NCBI GenBank assembly: GCA_963704885.1 | Contig: CAVPIB010000001.1 | Location: 922,262-986,261 of the forward strand | Source: an uncultured Actinomycetes bacterium | GTDB lineage: Bacteria > Actinomycetota > UBA4738 > HRBIN12 | Direction: 5' to 3' | Length of the DNA stretch: 64,000 bases | Shown here: in pieces, positions 46,282-55,789 of the stretch | Layout of the letters: each line of letters begins with the position of its first letter | Numbering within the stretch: the first letter of the stretch is position 1 | Notes under the pieces: generated by a model | Database searches by the model: none | What the model was told of the DNA's origin: nothing | What the model saw: only the letters and a program-made list of their open reading frames with translations | Position numbers and translations under genes: made by a program

Positions 46282-48768
46282 ATGCCTGAGGCGACCCCGC
46301 AGTCCCTCCGTCGGGCGCTCGCCCGCGCCGGTTCGGGCAAGGCCATCTCTCTCCCCGAGGCCGAGGTTCTGCTTCACGCGCGCGGCGATGGTTTGCAGCA
46401 ACTCATGAGGGTCTCGTCCGGGCTGCGCCAGGTCGGGCACGCTCGAACGATCACGTACTCGCGCAAGGTGTTCGTGCCGCTGACGATGCTCTGCCGCGAT
46501 CACTGTCACTACTGCACGTTCGCGAAACCTCCGGCCAAGCTCGATCGCCCATTCCTGTCACCAGACGAGGTCGTGGCGATCGCCGAGGCCGGTCGGAGGA
46601 TGGGCTGCAAGGAAGCGCTCTTCACGCTCGGCGATCGCCCCGAGGAGCGGTACCCCGTCGCGCGCGAATGGCTCGCGGAGCGCGGATACGCGAGCACGCT
46701 CGAGTACCTGCGAGCCGTGGCCATCCAGGTTATCGAGGCCACCGGCCTGCTCCCGCACCTGAACCCGGGCGTGATGTCGTACGAGGAACTCGCCCGGCTG
46801 AAGCAGGTGAGCGCGTCCATGGGTCTCATGCTCGAGTCCTCTTCCGACAGACTGACAGAGCGCGGCGGTCCGCACTTCGGCTCGCCGGACAAGATGCCGG
46901 CCGTGCGTCTGCGAACGATCGAGGATGCAGGCCGCTTGGCGATCCCCTTCACCACGGGGATCCTCGTGGGCATCGGCGAGACGCATCGCGAGCGCGCCGA
47001 ATCGCTCTTCGCGATCAGCGGCCTTCATCGACGCTACCGCCACGTACAGGAGATCATCGTCCAGAACTTCCGCGCCAAGCCGGGTACGGCGATGCAGCAC
47101 GCCGCAGAGCCGGTGGATGAGGAGTTCCTGGCCGCTGTCGCGACCGCCCGCGTGATCTTCGGGCCATACATGAGTGTGCAGGCGCCCCCGAACCTGTCGG
47201 ACCCCGACCAGCAGCTTCGGCTACTGGACGCCGGGATCAACGATTGGGGAGGTGTCTCGCCGCTCACGCCCGACCACGTGAACCCCGAGAAGCCGTGGCC
47301 GACCTTGGAAGCGCTCTCCGCCACGACCGCCTCGCGCGACCTCACCCTTCGCGAACGTCTCACGATCTACCCGCGGTTCGCCGCCAGCCCTGACCCGTAC
47401 TTGACCTCTAAGATGCGGGCGCCCGTGAACGCTCTGCTCGGACCGGAGGGCCTGGCCGTCGAAGGTCAGGTCCCCGAGCCGACCCCATGGCAGGACCCCG
47501 ATGTCCGATGGAAGCCGCGCGGGATCTCGCTCATGTTCGCGAAGGCGGCCGATGCGGGCCTGCGGGAGGACGCGCTCGCCGTCTACGGGGACTTCGACGC
47601 CCTCCCCGTGACGCGCGCGTGGGGCTCGCATGAGGTACAGCCGGAAAGGCTGGATGCGGAGATCAAGCGAGCACTTGCCAAAGCGCAGGATCACCGGGCG
47701 ATCACGGACGACGATGCCCTCGCGCTCTTCCGCGCCGAAGGCCCGGCTCTGGACGCACTCTGCCGGGTCGCAGACGACCTGCGGGCCGAGGCGGTGGGCG
47801 ACGACGTCACCTACGTCATCAACAGGAACATCAATTTCACGAACGTCTGCTACGTGGGGTGTCGTTTCTGCGCGTTCGCGCAGCGAGAGATCGACGCCGA
47901 GTCCTACACGCTCACGCTGACCGAGGTGGCCGATCGCGCCGAAGAGGCGTGGGCCTGCGGTGCGAGCGAGGTGTGCATGCAAGGAGGGATCCACCCGGAC
48001 CTGCCGGGTACCTTCTACATGGACCTATTGGATGCCGTGAAGGCTCGCACCCCAGACATGCACATCCATGCCTTCAGCCCCATGGAGATCTTGAACGGTG
48101 CGACGCACCTGGGGATATCGTTCAGAGAGTTCCTGCAGGGGTGTCGCGATCACGGACTGGGGACGATCCCCGGCACGGCCGCCGAGATCTTGGATGACGA
48201 CGTTCGCTGGCTCTTGACGAAAGGGAAGCTCCCCGCGGATACATGGGAGGAGATCGTCCGCACCGCACATGATCTGGGGATCCGAAGTAGTTCGACCATC
48301 ATGTTCGGCCATGTCGACGCCCCTCCCCACTGGGTAGCTCATATCAGGCGGATCGGGAGGATCCAGGCCGACACCGGGGGGTTCACCGAGTTCGTCCCGC
48401 TGCCGTTCGTGCATCAGAACGCGCCGATCTACCTCGCCGGGAAGGCTCGCCCGGGTGCCACCTTCGAGGAGAACCTACGGATGCACGCACTGGCCCGCAT
48501 CCTTCTCGATGGGCTCATCCCCAACATCCAGGTGTCGTGGGTCAAGCTCGGCATCGACGCCTGCCAAGCCATCTTGCGATCGGGCGCGAACGACTTCGGT
48601 GGAACGCTCATGGAAGAGACGATCAGTCGCATGGCAGGCGCCGATCATGGGATCGCCATGATGCCGGATCAGTTCGACCGAGCGATCCGCGACATCGGGC
48701 GGGTGCCGGCGGTGCGGACGACTACCTACGATCGTGTCGTTCCTGCCGATAGTAGTCAATCAGCTTGA
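46282..48768 (+). CDS. fbiC: Bifunctional FO synthase (CofG/CofH fusion)
   Basis: 828 aa with two radical-SAM CxxxCxxC motifs (CRDHCHYCTF and CYVGCRFCAF). Confidence 0.9.
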   Translation: MPEATPQSLRRALARAGSGKAISLPEAEVLLHARGDGLQQLMRVSSGLRQVGHARTITYSRKVFVPLTMLCRDHCHYCTFAKPPAKLDRPFLSPDEVVAIAEAGRRMGCKEALFTLGDRPEERYPVAREWLAERGYASTLEYLRAVAIQVIEATGLLPHLNPGVMSYEELARLKQVSASMGLMLESSSDRLTERGGPHFGSPDKMPAVRLRTIEDAGRLAIPFTTGILVGIGETHRERAESLFAISGLHRRYRHVQEIIVQNFRAKPGTAMQHAAEPVDEEFLAAVATARVIFGPYMSVQAPPNLSDPDQQLRLLDAGINDWGGVSPLTPDHVNPEKPWPTLEALSATTASRDLTLRERLTIYPRFAASPDPYLTSKMRAPVNALLGPEGLAVEGQVPEPTPWQDPDVRWKPRGISLMFAKAADAGLREDALAVYGDFDALPVTRAWGSHEVQPERLDAEIKRALAKAQDHRAITDDDALALFRAEGPALDALCRVADDLRAEAVGDDVTYVINRNINFTNVCYVGCRFCAFAQREIDAESYTLTLTEVADRAEEAWACGASEVCMQGGIHPDLPGTFYMDLLDAVKARTPDMHIHAFSPMEILNGATHLGISFREFLQGCRDHGLGTIPGTAAEILDDDVRWLLTKGKLPADTWEEIVRTAHDLGIRSSSTIMFGHVDAPPHWVAHIRRIGRIQADTGGFTEFVPLPFVHQNAPIYLAGKARPGATFEENLRMHALARILLDGLIPNIQVSWVKLGIDACQAILRSGANDFGGTLMEETISRMAGADHGIAMMPDQFDRAIRDIGRVPAVRTTTYDRVVPADSSQSA

Positions 48769-48785
48769 CCAGAGTGGTCAAGCTG
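48745..48785. terminator. Hairpin terminator overlapping the fbiC stop codon
   Basis: Perfect 16-bp inverted repeat gtcaatcagcttgacc-agagt-ggtcaagctgattgac, followed by gttcgtatttct. Confidence 0.55.
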
Positions 48786-48928
48786 ATTGACGTTCGTATT
48801 TCTCGACGGAGGCACTTGCACCGGGCCCTTCGTCCGGACACGATGGGTTCTGACAAGGAATGAGGGATGTGAGGCAGGGAACTTTCTTGGGATTTCCTCT
48901 TGTCACCGAGGACGTTCTTCCCTCAGAA

Positions 48929-48942
48929 TCACATGGATGTGA
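48929..48942. promoter_or_regulatory. Palindromic candidate operator TCACATggATGTGA upstream of whiB
   Basis: Perfect inverted repeat 18 nt upstream of the whiB GTG. An almost identical site, gaTCACATccATGTGAtc, occurs at 55368..55385 upstream of the DUF3499 gene. Confidence 0.35.
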
Positions 48943-48960
48943 TTTCGGGGGGAGACGAGC

Positions 48961-49188
48961 GTGCATCACTACATCCCTTGGCAAGAACGAGCGCGGTGTC
49001 GCGAATATGACCCTGAGGTCTTCTTCCCCGAGAAGGGAGGCTCATCGAGGGAGGCCAAGCGGATCTGCAGTGAGTGCCCCGTTCGGATCGAATGCCTCAA
49101 CTACGCGCTCCGCCGCGACGAGCGTTACGGCGTCTGGGGCGGCATGAGCGAACGGGAGCGTCGACGTCTGAAGCGCATGGCGTCGTAG
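48961..49188 (+). CDS. whiB: WhiB-family transcription factor (WhiB2/WhmD-like by synteny)
   Basis: 75 aa with four Cys (C..C..C..C: ARCREYDPEVFF...ICSECPVRIECLNYAL) and the C-terminal GVWGG...RRR motif. Confidence 0.9.
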   Translation: MHHYIPWQERARCREYDPEVFFPEKGGSSREAKRICSECPVRIECLNYALRRDERYGVWGGMSERERRRLKRMAS

Positions 49189-49219
49189 AACCACCTCAGG
49201 AACGGTGAAAGGGGGCAGC

Positions 49220-49627
49220 ATGGCAGTCGCCAGGAAGACCGCGGCACGCAAGAAGACCGCGGCTCGAAAGCCCGCCAGGAAGAAGACGGCAGCTCGCAAG
49301 CCTGCGGCACGTAAGAAGACCGCGGCGAGGAAGCCGGCAGCACGTAGGAAGACGGCAGCGCGCAAGCCCGCCGCTCGCAAGAAGACCGCAGCGAGGAAGC
49401 CGGCTCGCAAGAAGACGGCAGCTCGCAAGCCTGCGGCACGTAAGAAGACGGCAGCTCGCAAGCCCGCCGCTCGCAAGAAGACGGCAGCGAGGAAGCCGGC
49501 TCGCAAGAAGACGGCAGCTCGCAAGCCTGCGGCACGTAAGAAGACGGCAGCTCGCAAGCCCGCCGCTCGCAAGAAGACGGCAGCGAGGAAGCCGGCTCGC
49601 AAGAAGACGGCAGCTCGCAAGCGCTGA
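49220..49627 (+). CDS. Lys/Ala-rich histone H1-like repeat protein (KTAARKPAARK repeats)
   Basis: 135 aa with RBS gaaaggggg. Almost entirely tandem 11-aa (33-nt) repeats of AARKKTAARKP, like the basic tails of HupB/Hlp/HC1-type nucleoid proteins. Confidence 0.7.
   Translation: MAVARKTAARKKTAARKPARKKTAARKPAARKKTAARKPAARRKTAARKPAARKKTAARKPARKKTAARKPAARKKTAARKPAARKKTAARKPARKKTAARKPAARKKTAARKPAARKKTAARKPARKKTAARKR
49230..49620 (+). repeat. Tandem 33-nt coding repeats with a perfect 99-nt higher-order unit
   Basis: Segments 49399..49497 and 49498..49596 are identical 99-mers. The flanking copies are diverged 33-mers. Confidence 0.8.
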
Positions 49628-49648
49628 GCGATCCGTGTATCGGCGTTC

Positions 49649-49672
49649 GAAGGGGGGCTAGTGCCCCCCTTC
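49649..49672. terminator. Hairpin terminator after the KA-repeat gene
   Basis: gaaggggggc-tagt-gccccccttc is a perfect 10-bp stem, followed by cgcttcttctgg. Confidence 0.5.
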
Positions 49673-49727
49673 CGCTTCTTCTGGCACGGCCCGTGCTAGG
49701 CTCCGCGCCGCGCAAGGTGCGCATCGC

Positions 49728-52700
49728 ATGACAGAACCCTCTACCGACTCCGCCTCTCTGCGCGCGCCCTCCGTCCTGGTGATCCTCGTCGTTCGGGAGG
49801 CGGCGGCATGGCTCCGCGGGTGCCTCGCTGCCCTGGGGGCTCAGACCTATCCGAGGGTCGGCGTGCTCGCCGTCGACAACGCCTCGAGCGATGGTTCGGC
49901 GCAGATGCTCGCTCAGGCCTTGGGTGAACGTCGCGTCATCGCCTCGAAGGAGGATCGGGGCCTGGCGGGATCCGTGCGGGCCGCGCTCGAGCTCCCGGTC
50001 GCACAGGAGGCGGACTACCTCCTCGTGCTGCACGACGACATCGCCCTCGACCCCGACGCAGTCACGCGGCTGGTGGATGCGGCCACAGGGATGGGGGTCG
50101 ACGATGTCGGTGTCGTCGGCCCGAAGGTGGTCGATTGGGAGGAGCCGCGACTGCTCCTCGACGTCGGCCGGTCCGCGGACCGGTTCGGGCATCCTTACAC
50201 GCCCTTGCAGCCCGGGGAGATCGACCAGGGCCAGTTCGATCGAGTCGTGGAAGTCCTGTGTGTGTCGACCGCGGCCATGCTCATCTCGCGCGAGGCATGG
50301 CAACGCGCTGGCCTCTTCGACGAGCGACTGGATGCGCGTCATGAGGATCTCGACTTCTGTTGGCGGGCGCGGCTCGCGGGCTTCCGGGTCCTCGTGACCC
50401 CGCTCGCTCGCGCGCGGCACCGCGACGCTTCGGTGCGTGGGGAGCGGCCCGCGGGGCATCGTCGGAGCGATCGCTACTACGAGGATCGAGCGGCGATCGC
50501 CGCCATGCTCAAGAACTACGGATTGCTGTCGCTCCTGTGGCTCCTGCCGCTGGATCTGGCGCTGGGGTTGGTTCGTCTGGTGTTCCTGGTCTTGTCGCGA
50601 CGGTTCGACGGAGCCCTCGATCTTGTGTCGGCTTGGGGGTGGAACCTCGTTCATCTGCCCGGGACGCTTTCACGCCGGGTGCGGGCGCAATCGGTGCGCA
50701 AGGTCAGCGACCGTCAGCTCCGCCGATTCATGGGATCGGCAGGGCTCCGTCTGCCGCGATGGTTCGAGACGGCCGGACAGATCCTCGCGGAGCAGCAAGA
50801 GATCCAGGTGGAGGAAGAAGGGGCGTCGGCCGGCAGGCGGCTCCGCGACCGGACCGCATCGCTCGTAGGGTCGCACCCCGTCGTCGTGACGTGCTTCTTC
50901 GGGATCGTCGTGGCCGCCGTCGCGTTCCGTGGACTACTGGGTCCCGAGTCGCTACACGGGGGAGCGTTGCCGGCCTTCCCGGCATCCTGGGGCGGGTTCT
51001 TCGGTGAGTTGACCTCCGGGTACCGCACGACGCCGCTCGGCGGGTCGTTCGCTGCCAGCCCTGCGCTCGGAGCCCTAGGGACAACCTCGTGGTTCACCTT
51101 CGGTAGCACTGCCATCGCGCAGAAGCTGCTGCTCGCAGGAGGTCCGGTGCTGGCGTCCGTCATGTTGTATCGAGCGCTCGCCAGGCTGACCGGCCGACCC
51201 GGCGCAGCTGTGCTCGGCGCCGTGGCATACGCCTTGTCGGCGCTGGTGCTTTGGTCGTTCTCCGAGGGTCGGATCGATCTGCTGGTCGCCCTCGCGGTCG
51301 TCCCGGCGATCGCCGAGCGTTTGGAGGCGGCATCCGGGCGGGAGCCTCCATCCGACGGTCGGTGGCGATTCATCATCGGCCTGGGTGTGACCATCGCGGT
51401 GGGTGTGGCGTTCCTGCCGGGCGTGATGCTTGTGCTCGGAGTGCTCACCGTCGTGCAGGCGATGTTCGGCTCATCCCGACGCCGTGGGGTGGGGTTGACC
51501 CTCGCGAGCACCGCGGTCGCCGCTGCCCTGCTCCTCGTGTTCGTCGCCACGATCGTATCGGGGGACGGCGCGGCGATGGGCTCCCGTATCGGCACGACCG
51601 ACCTCGGCGAGCTGTTGAGGCTTGCGCTCGGCGGCGGCCCCGGCACCTGGGTGATCGCTGCGTTCTTGCCGGTATCGGCCGTGTTGGCTCTGGCGCTCAT
51701 CGGACCGCAGTTCCGAAGCGTCGGTTTCCGTGCAGCCTTCACCGCCACGGCGGGACTGGCGCTGGCGTGGTTCGCCTCGGCCGGCTACCTGCCTGGGTGG
51801 GCCGCGAACGCTGAGGCATACCTGGTCCTGGCCGCCGTGTCGGAGGCCTTCATCGTTGGCTTCGGGCTCGCTTCGGTCCTGGGAGGACTGGGCCGGGAAT
51901 CGTTCGGGCTCCGTCAGGTCGGTACGGCGCTTCTCGCGATCGTCCTGGGCGGAGGCCTTCTTCTGCAGTCCGCCGCGGCAATGGTAGGGGGGTGGTCGGT
52001 GGGTGGTCCCGAGGCGCTCCCGCCGGCGTGGGCTCTCATCACGAGCAGCGCGAAGGGGGACTTTCGGGTCCTGTGGGTTGGCGGAGACACAGGACGGCGT
52101 TTCGTGGCGCCGGGCGGAGACCCGGTGGATGTGGCGACAGGCCGCACGACGTCTCTCCGTTATGGCCTCACGGATAGAACCGGCATCTCGGCGCTCGACG
52201 TCGGTCGGACCATCAGCGGGGGCGGCGCCGACTACCTGCGCTCCGCGGTCGACCAGATCCTGTCCGGGACGACGGTGCACGGCGGCGCGCTGCTGGCGCC
52301 GTTAGGCGTGCGCTTCGTGGTGGCCGGACGCGGGGACCTCCCCCAGGCAGCACAGGCCCTCCTGGACGCACAGGTCGATCTCGATCTGGTCGGAACGTCT
52401 GGGCTCACGATCTTCCGCAACGCCGCGCCATTGCCTCCGGCCGGCATCCTTCCCGCGACCGAGCAGTTGGCCCAAGCCGTTGGTTCGGAAGACCTCGGCC
52501 AGATCGCTCGGCTGCCCGGCGCTCGAGCTGTGCCATTGACGCCGGTCGAGGGGGGCTGGGCGGGTGTTTCACCGATTGTGGGGCTCGCCGTCGTCTCCAC
52601 GCAGTTCAGCTCCGAGTGGCGAGCCGAGATCCCCGGAGGCAACACCGTAGGCCCTCGAGAGTCCTTCGGGTGGGCGACGTCGTTCGACGTGCCGCAGGGC

Positions 52701-52811
52701 CCGGTCCGGATCCGCTTCATGGACCAATGGGCGCGCACGCTCGAGACGATCGCGCTGGGCCTTCTCTGGGCTGTTGCGCTGTGGGTGACCAGGAAGCCAG
52801 TGGCGCGATGA
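49728..52811 (+). CDS. Family-2 glycosyltransferase fused to large polytopic membrane domain
   Basis: 1027 aa. The N-terminal roughly 300 aa form a GT2 domain (VLAVDNASSDGS...LVLHDDIALDPDA...DEDLDFCWRARLAGF). The remainder has at least 12 predicted TM helices and loops. Confidence 0.75.
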   Translation: MTEPSTDSASLRAPSVLVILVVREAAAWLRGCLAALGAQTYPRVGVLAVDNASSDGSAQMLAQALGERRVIASKEDRGLAGSVRAALELPVAQEADYLLVLHDDIALDPDAVTRLVDAATGMGVDDVGVVGPKVVDWEEPRLLLDVGRSADRFGHPYTPLQPGEIDQGQFDRVVEVLCVSTAAMLISREAWQRAGLFDERLDARHEDLDFCWRARLAGFRVLVTPLARARHRDASVRGERPAGHRRSDRYYEDRAAIAAMLKNYGLLSLLWLLPLDLALGLVRLVFLVLSRRFDGALDLVSAWGWNLVHLPGTLSRRVRAQSVRKVSDRQLRRFMGSAGLRLPRWFETAGQILAEQQEIQVEEEGASAGRRLRDRTASLVGSHPVVVTCFFGIVVAAVAFRGLLGPESLHGGALPAFPASWGGFFGELTSGYRTTPLGGSFAASPALGALGTTSWFTFGSTAIAQKLLLAGGPVLASVMLYRALARLTGRPGAAVLGAVAYALSALVLWSFSEGRIDLLVALAVVPAIAERLEAASGREPPSDGRWRFIIGLGVTIAVGVAFLPGVMLVLGVLTVVQAMFGSSRRRGVGLTLASTAVAAALLLVFVATIVSGDGAAMGSRIGTTDLGELLRLALGGGPGTWVIAAFLPVSAVLALALIGPQFRSVGFRAAFTATAGLALAWFASAGYLPGWAANAEAYLVLAAVSEAFIVGFGLASVLGGLGRESFGLRQVGTALLAIVLGGGLLLQSAAAMVGGWSVGGPEALPPAWALITSSAKGDFRVLWVGGDTGRRFVAPGGDPVDVATGRTTSLRYGLTDRTGISALDVGRTISGGGADYLRSAVDQILSGTTVHGGALLAPLGVRFVVAGRGDLPQAAQALLDAQVDLDLVGTSGLTIFRNAAPLPPAGILPATEQLAQAVGSEDLGQIARLPGARAVPLTPVEGGWAGVSPIVGLAVVSTQFSSEWRAEIPGGNTVGPRESFGWATSFDVPQGPVRIRFMDQWARTLETIALGLLWAVALWVTRKPVAR

Positions 52812-54202
52812 GGGCCGAGCGACATACCGGGCGCAGTCGCGGCCAGGGGCTGGTGGCGATGGCGTTCTTGGTCGTCGTGGTCGGCGGCGCGTTCGCGTTG
52901 GATCGGGTCGTCGGACCTCTGACCCCATCGCCCCCGTCGGCCGCCGCGACCGGATCGGGCGCGTGGCTCTGCCCGCACGGCGGGGGCCCGGAGGCGTGGA
53001 AGGCCACGCTATACCTCGCGAACCCTGGCACCGGTGATGTGACCGCGCGCATCACTTCGATGTCCTCGCGCCGCCCGGCGGCCCCGTTCGACGTGGACGT
53101 TCCGGCGCAAACCACGGTGGGCGTGGAGGTTCCCGCCGCCGGGAGGGAGGCGTCCACCTTCGTCGAGTACTTCGGCGGCTGGATCGGTGCGGGGTGGGTC
53201 ACCCAAGGCGGCGGGGGGGAGATCGGTGTCGGGGCCGAACCGTGCGCTCCCGATGCTGAACGTTCTTGGTTCCTGCCGGACGGGACCACGGAGAAGGGCG
53301 AGGACGCCTACATCGTGGTCATGAACCCGTTCGCCGAAGACGCAGTGTTCGACGTGGTCCTGCTTACCCCGAAGCGGGCGCCGATCCGTAGCTCGGAGCT
53401 GTCCGAGGTGGTGCTTCGCCCGGGGAAGAGCTTGGCGTTCCGGGTCAACGCGTTCGCCGAGGGCGAGCCGGCGGTCGGCGCCGAGGTCGACGTCACGTTG
53501 GGTCGGGTGGCGGTCTCCTCACTGGGTGTCTCGCGCGACGCCGGGATCCGAAGCGTCATCGGCGGGACCGATGTCGCTTCGCAGGCGTTCCTACCGGCAG
53601 GAGCTGGTTCGGGACAGTCGACGCTCGTTCTGATGGTTCCGGGTGAGGATCAGATCTCGTTCGGCGCCACGCTCCTTTCTGCCGATCCTCCGGCGCCAGC
53701 GGGCGGGCTCACCGAGGCAACGCAGAACCCGACATCTGCGCGGCCGTACCCCGTGACCGCCTCCGGCGCGTCCTCCGTCGACGTGGTATCCCAAGGGTCG
53801 ATTCCGTTCGTGGCGACCGAACGCGCGATCGGGGTGGGGAACGACTATGCGGCCACGGGTGGCGCGACCCAGGCTGGATCGGATTGGCTGGTCCTGCCTG
53901 CCATAGCCGGCGAGCCCTCTCACTCCGGTCTCGTGATCGTGAACCCGGGGAACACGGCGGTCACGGTTACCTTGCACGCTCTGGCACCCGAAGGCGTCAC
54001 ACCTCCGCCGGATATCACTCTCGTGATCCCCGCCGGCTCCGTGCGGTCGGCTCCTCCGGACTTCCTGAACGAGGATCCTCGATCGGCGATCGAGGTTCGT
54101 TCTGATGGCGGAGCCGTGATCGCGATGGCGGCCTCCACTTCGCTCGGCAACGAAGGCTTGTCCACGTATGCCCTGGCCATGGGGGTCGCGGTCGTCGGAT
54201 GA
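52808..54202 (+). CDS. Membrane-anchored secreted repeat protein (hypothetical)
   Basis: 464 aa with an ATGA overlap with the GT2 fusion gene. N-terminal TM anchor (LVAMAFLVVVVGGAFAL), then three internal repeats built around [LVM]NPG...V.V.L (TLYLANPGTGDVTARIT; YIVVMNPFAEDAVFDVVLL; LVIVNPGNTAVTVTLHAL). Confidence 0.55.
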   Translation: MRAERHTGRSRGQGLVAMAFLVVVVGGAFALDRVVGPLTPSPPSAAATGSGAWLCPHGGGPEAWKATLYLANPGTGDVTARITSMSSRRPAAPFDVDVPAQTTVGVEVPAAGREASTFVEYFGGWIGAGWVTQGGGGEIGVGAEPCAPDAERSWFLPDGTTEKGEDAYIVVMNPFAEDAVFDVVLLTPKRAPIRSSELSEVVLRPGKSLAFRVNAFAEGEPAVGAEVDVTLGRVAVSSLGVSRDAGIRSVIGGTDVASQAFLPAGAGSGQSTLVLMVPGEDQISFGATLLSADPPAPAGGLTEATQNPTSARPYPVTASGASSVDVVSQGSIPFVATERAIGVGNDYAATGGATQAGSDWLVLPAIAGEPSHSGLVIVNPGNTAVTVTLHALAPEGVTPPPDITLVIPAGSVRSAPPDFLNEDPRSAIEVRSDGGAVIAMAASTSLGNEGLSTYALAMGVAVVG

Positions 54203-54265
54203 TAGCCGCGAAAGGCCGCTATCATCGTTGGGTTCGTACCCTTTTCGCCGACCGTGGGACACCGC

Positions 54266-55328
54266 CATGACCCGAGGACGACACGTCAAACGCACGGTAG
54301 GCAGTGCGGTCGTCGTAATGGCGATCGCCGTCGGGATCGTGCTCCTCGCGCTCGGGGGGGTGGCCTTCGCCGCGTATCGATACGACCTAGCCACGGCTGA
54401 CACGATCCTCCCCGGCGTTACCGTTGCTGGGGTCGACGTCGGGGGAATGACCAGGGCCGAAGCCGTCGAGGTCATCGACACGGTCGCGGCGCAACGCCTG
54501 GACGCGCCGATCTCCATGTCGGCCTTGGACGACTCCTGGACGACGAGTGCGGCGGAGCTCGGTCAGTCCGCCGACGTTGAGGCGGCCGTAGATCGTGCGA
54601 TCGCCGCGTCGGAGTCGACCGCGTTCCTGACGCGTGTCTGGCATCGCCTGCGAGACGAGCCGGTCGATATCGCGGTCGACCTCGAGTTCACCATATCCGG
54701 TACGTCGGCGCAGACACTGGTTGCCTCCATAGCGAGCGAGATCGCCTCGGACCCCCGGGACGCATCGGTATCCGTAGTGGACGGTGAGACGGTCTTCGTG
54801 CACTCGCGACGCGGCCGTGCCCTTGGAACGAACGTATCGCTGAAGAGGCTCCTCGCGACCCTCGATGAAGGGGCGACATACCTTCGTCTCCCCGTTACAA
54901 GAGTGAAGCCGGCGATCCCGGACTCGAAGCTGGGCAAGACGATCATCGTCGATCGAACCACGAACGAGCTGTACTTCTACAACAGGTTCGACCTATCGAA
55001 GACCTACCACGTCGCAACGGCGGCAGCGGGCTACGTTACCCCCGCCGGCGACTGGACCATCGTCGACAAACAGGAGTATCCGACCTGGTATAACCCGGCG
55101 CTCGATACGTGGGGGGCCGACCTGCCCGCCTCGATCCCTCCCGGCCCCGGGAACCCGTTGGGGACACGTGCCCTATACATGGACGCCCCGGGCATCAGGA
55201 TCCACGGCACCTACGATGTCGGGTCGATCGGGACCTATGCCTCGCACGGATGCATCCGCATGCTGATCTCCGATGTCGAGCAGCTCTACCCGCTCGTGCC
55301 GATCGGTACCCGGGTCATCGTCTTCTGA
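54266..55328 (+). CDS. L,D-transpeptidase (YkuD domain) with N-terminal anchor
   Basis: 354 aa. TM anchor, then a C-terminal YkuD catalytic region (YHVATAAAGYVTPAGDWTI...HGTYDVGSIGTYASHGCIRM). Confidence 0.85.
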
Positions 55329-55369
55329 GGTCCTGGCGGGCCCCGGAAACCGGTTGAGATGCTTGAAGA

Positions 55370-55383
55370 TCACATCCATGTGA
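55370..55383. promoter_or_regulatory. Palindromic candidate operator TCACATccATGTGA upstream of DUF3499-manB operon
   Basis: Second copy of the whiB-upstream palindrome, 12 nt upstream of the GTG start at 55398. Confidence 0.35.
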
Positions 55384-55397
55384 TCTAGCCTCCGCCC

Positions 55398-55610
55398 GTG
55401 CGAACATGCGCCAAGATCCGGTGCACGGCGGAGCCGGCAGTCACCATCTCGCTCGGGTACGCCGATCGTGAGGTCGTCATCAGAGATCTGTTGACCGAGC
55501 GGGACCCGAACCTGCTGGATCTCTGCGACGAGCATGTGTCGCGGATGACGCCCCCGGTTGCCTGGACCGTTCGCGACGAGCGAGCCAGCGTGCCGGCCGT
55601 CGTCGCTTGA
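55398..55610 (+). CDS. DUF3499 domain protein
   Basis: 70 aa (CAKIRCTAEPAVTISLGYADREVVIRDL...LCDEHV). A conserved actinobacterial small protein found upstream of phosphomannomutase. Confidence 0.75.
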   Translation: MRTCAKIRCTAEPAVTISLGYADREVVIRDLLTERDPNLLDLCDEHVSRMTPPVAWTVRDERASVPAVVA

Positions 55611-55789
55611 CCCCCGGATGACCCCCGCCGTTCGACCGAGTCAGGGTCGGGGTCGGGTGGATCTTCAGTCCCCCGAGGTCCTTGGAGCACGGGCCCGTGG
55701 CCGACGCCGGGGACCGCCCGCACGACCCAGCGAAATGACAGCAGGGTGCTATGGCCGTCGGACGAGCCGTGCGGCACTCTTGACCGACC

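Noticed and set aside
49042-49620. 192-aa minus-strand ORF of AVFLRAAGL repeats
   Set aside because: It is the antisense reading of the KTAARKPAARK tandem coding repeats. The periodicity is identical, and the plus-strand gene has its own RBS and ATG.
49230-49620. Possible CRISPR array (regular 33-nt repeats)
   Set aside because: The repeats are contiguous with no spacers, in frame, and translate to a Lys/Ala repeat protein. No cas genes are present.
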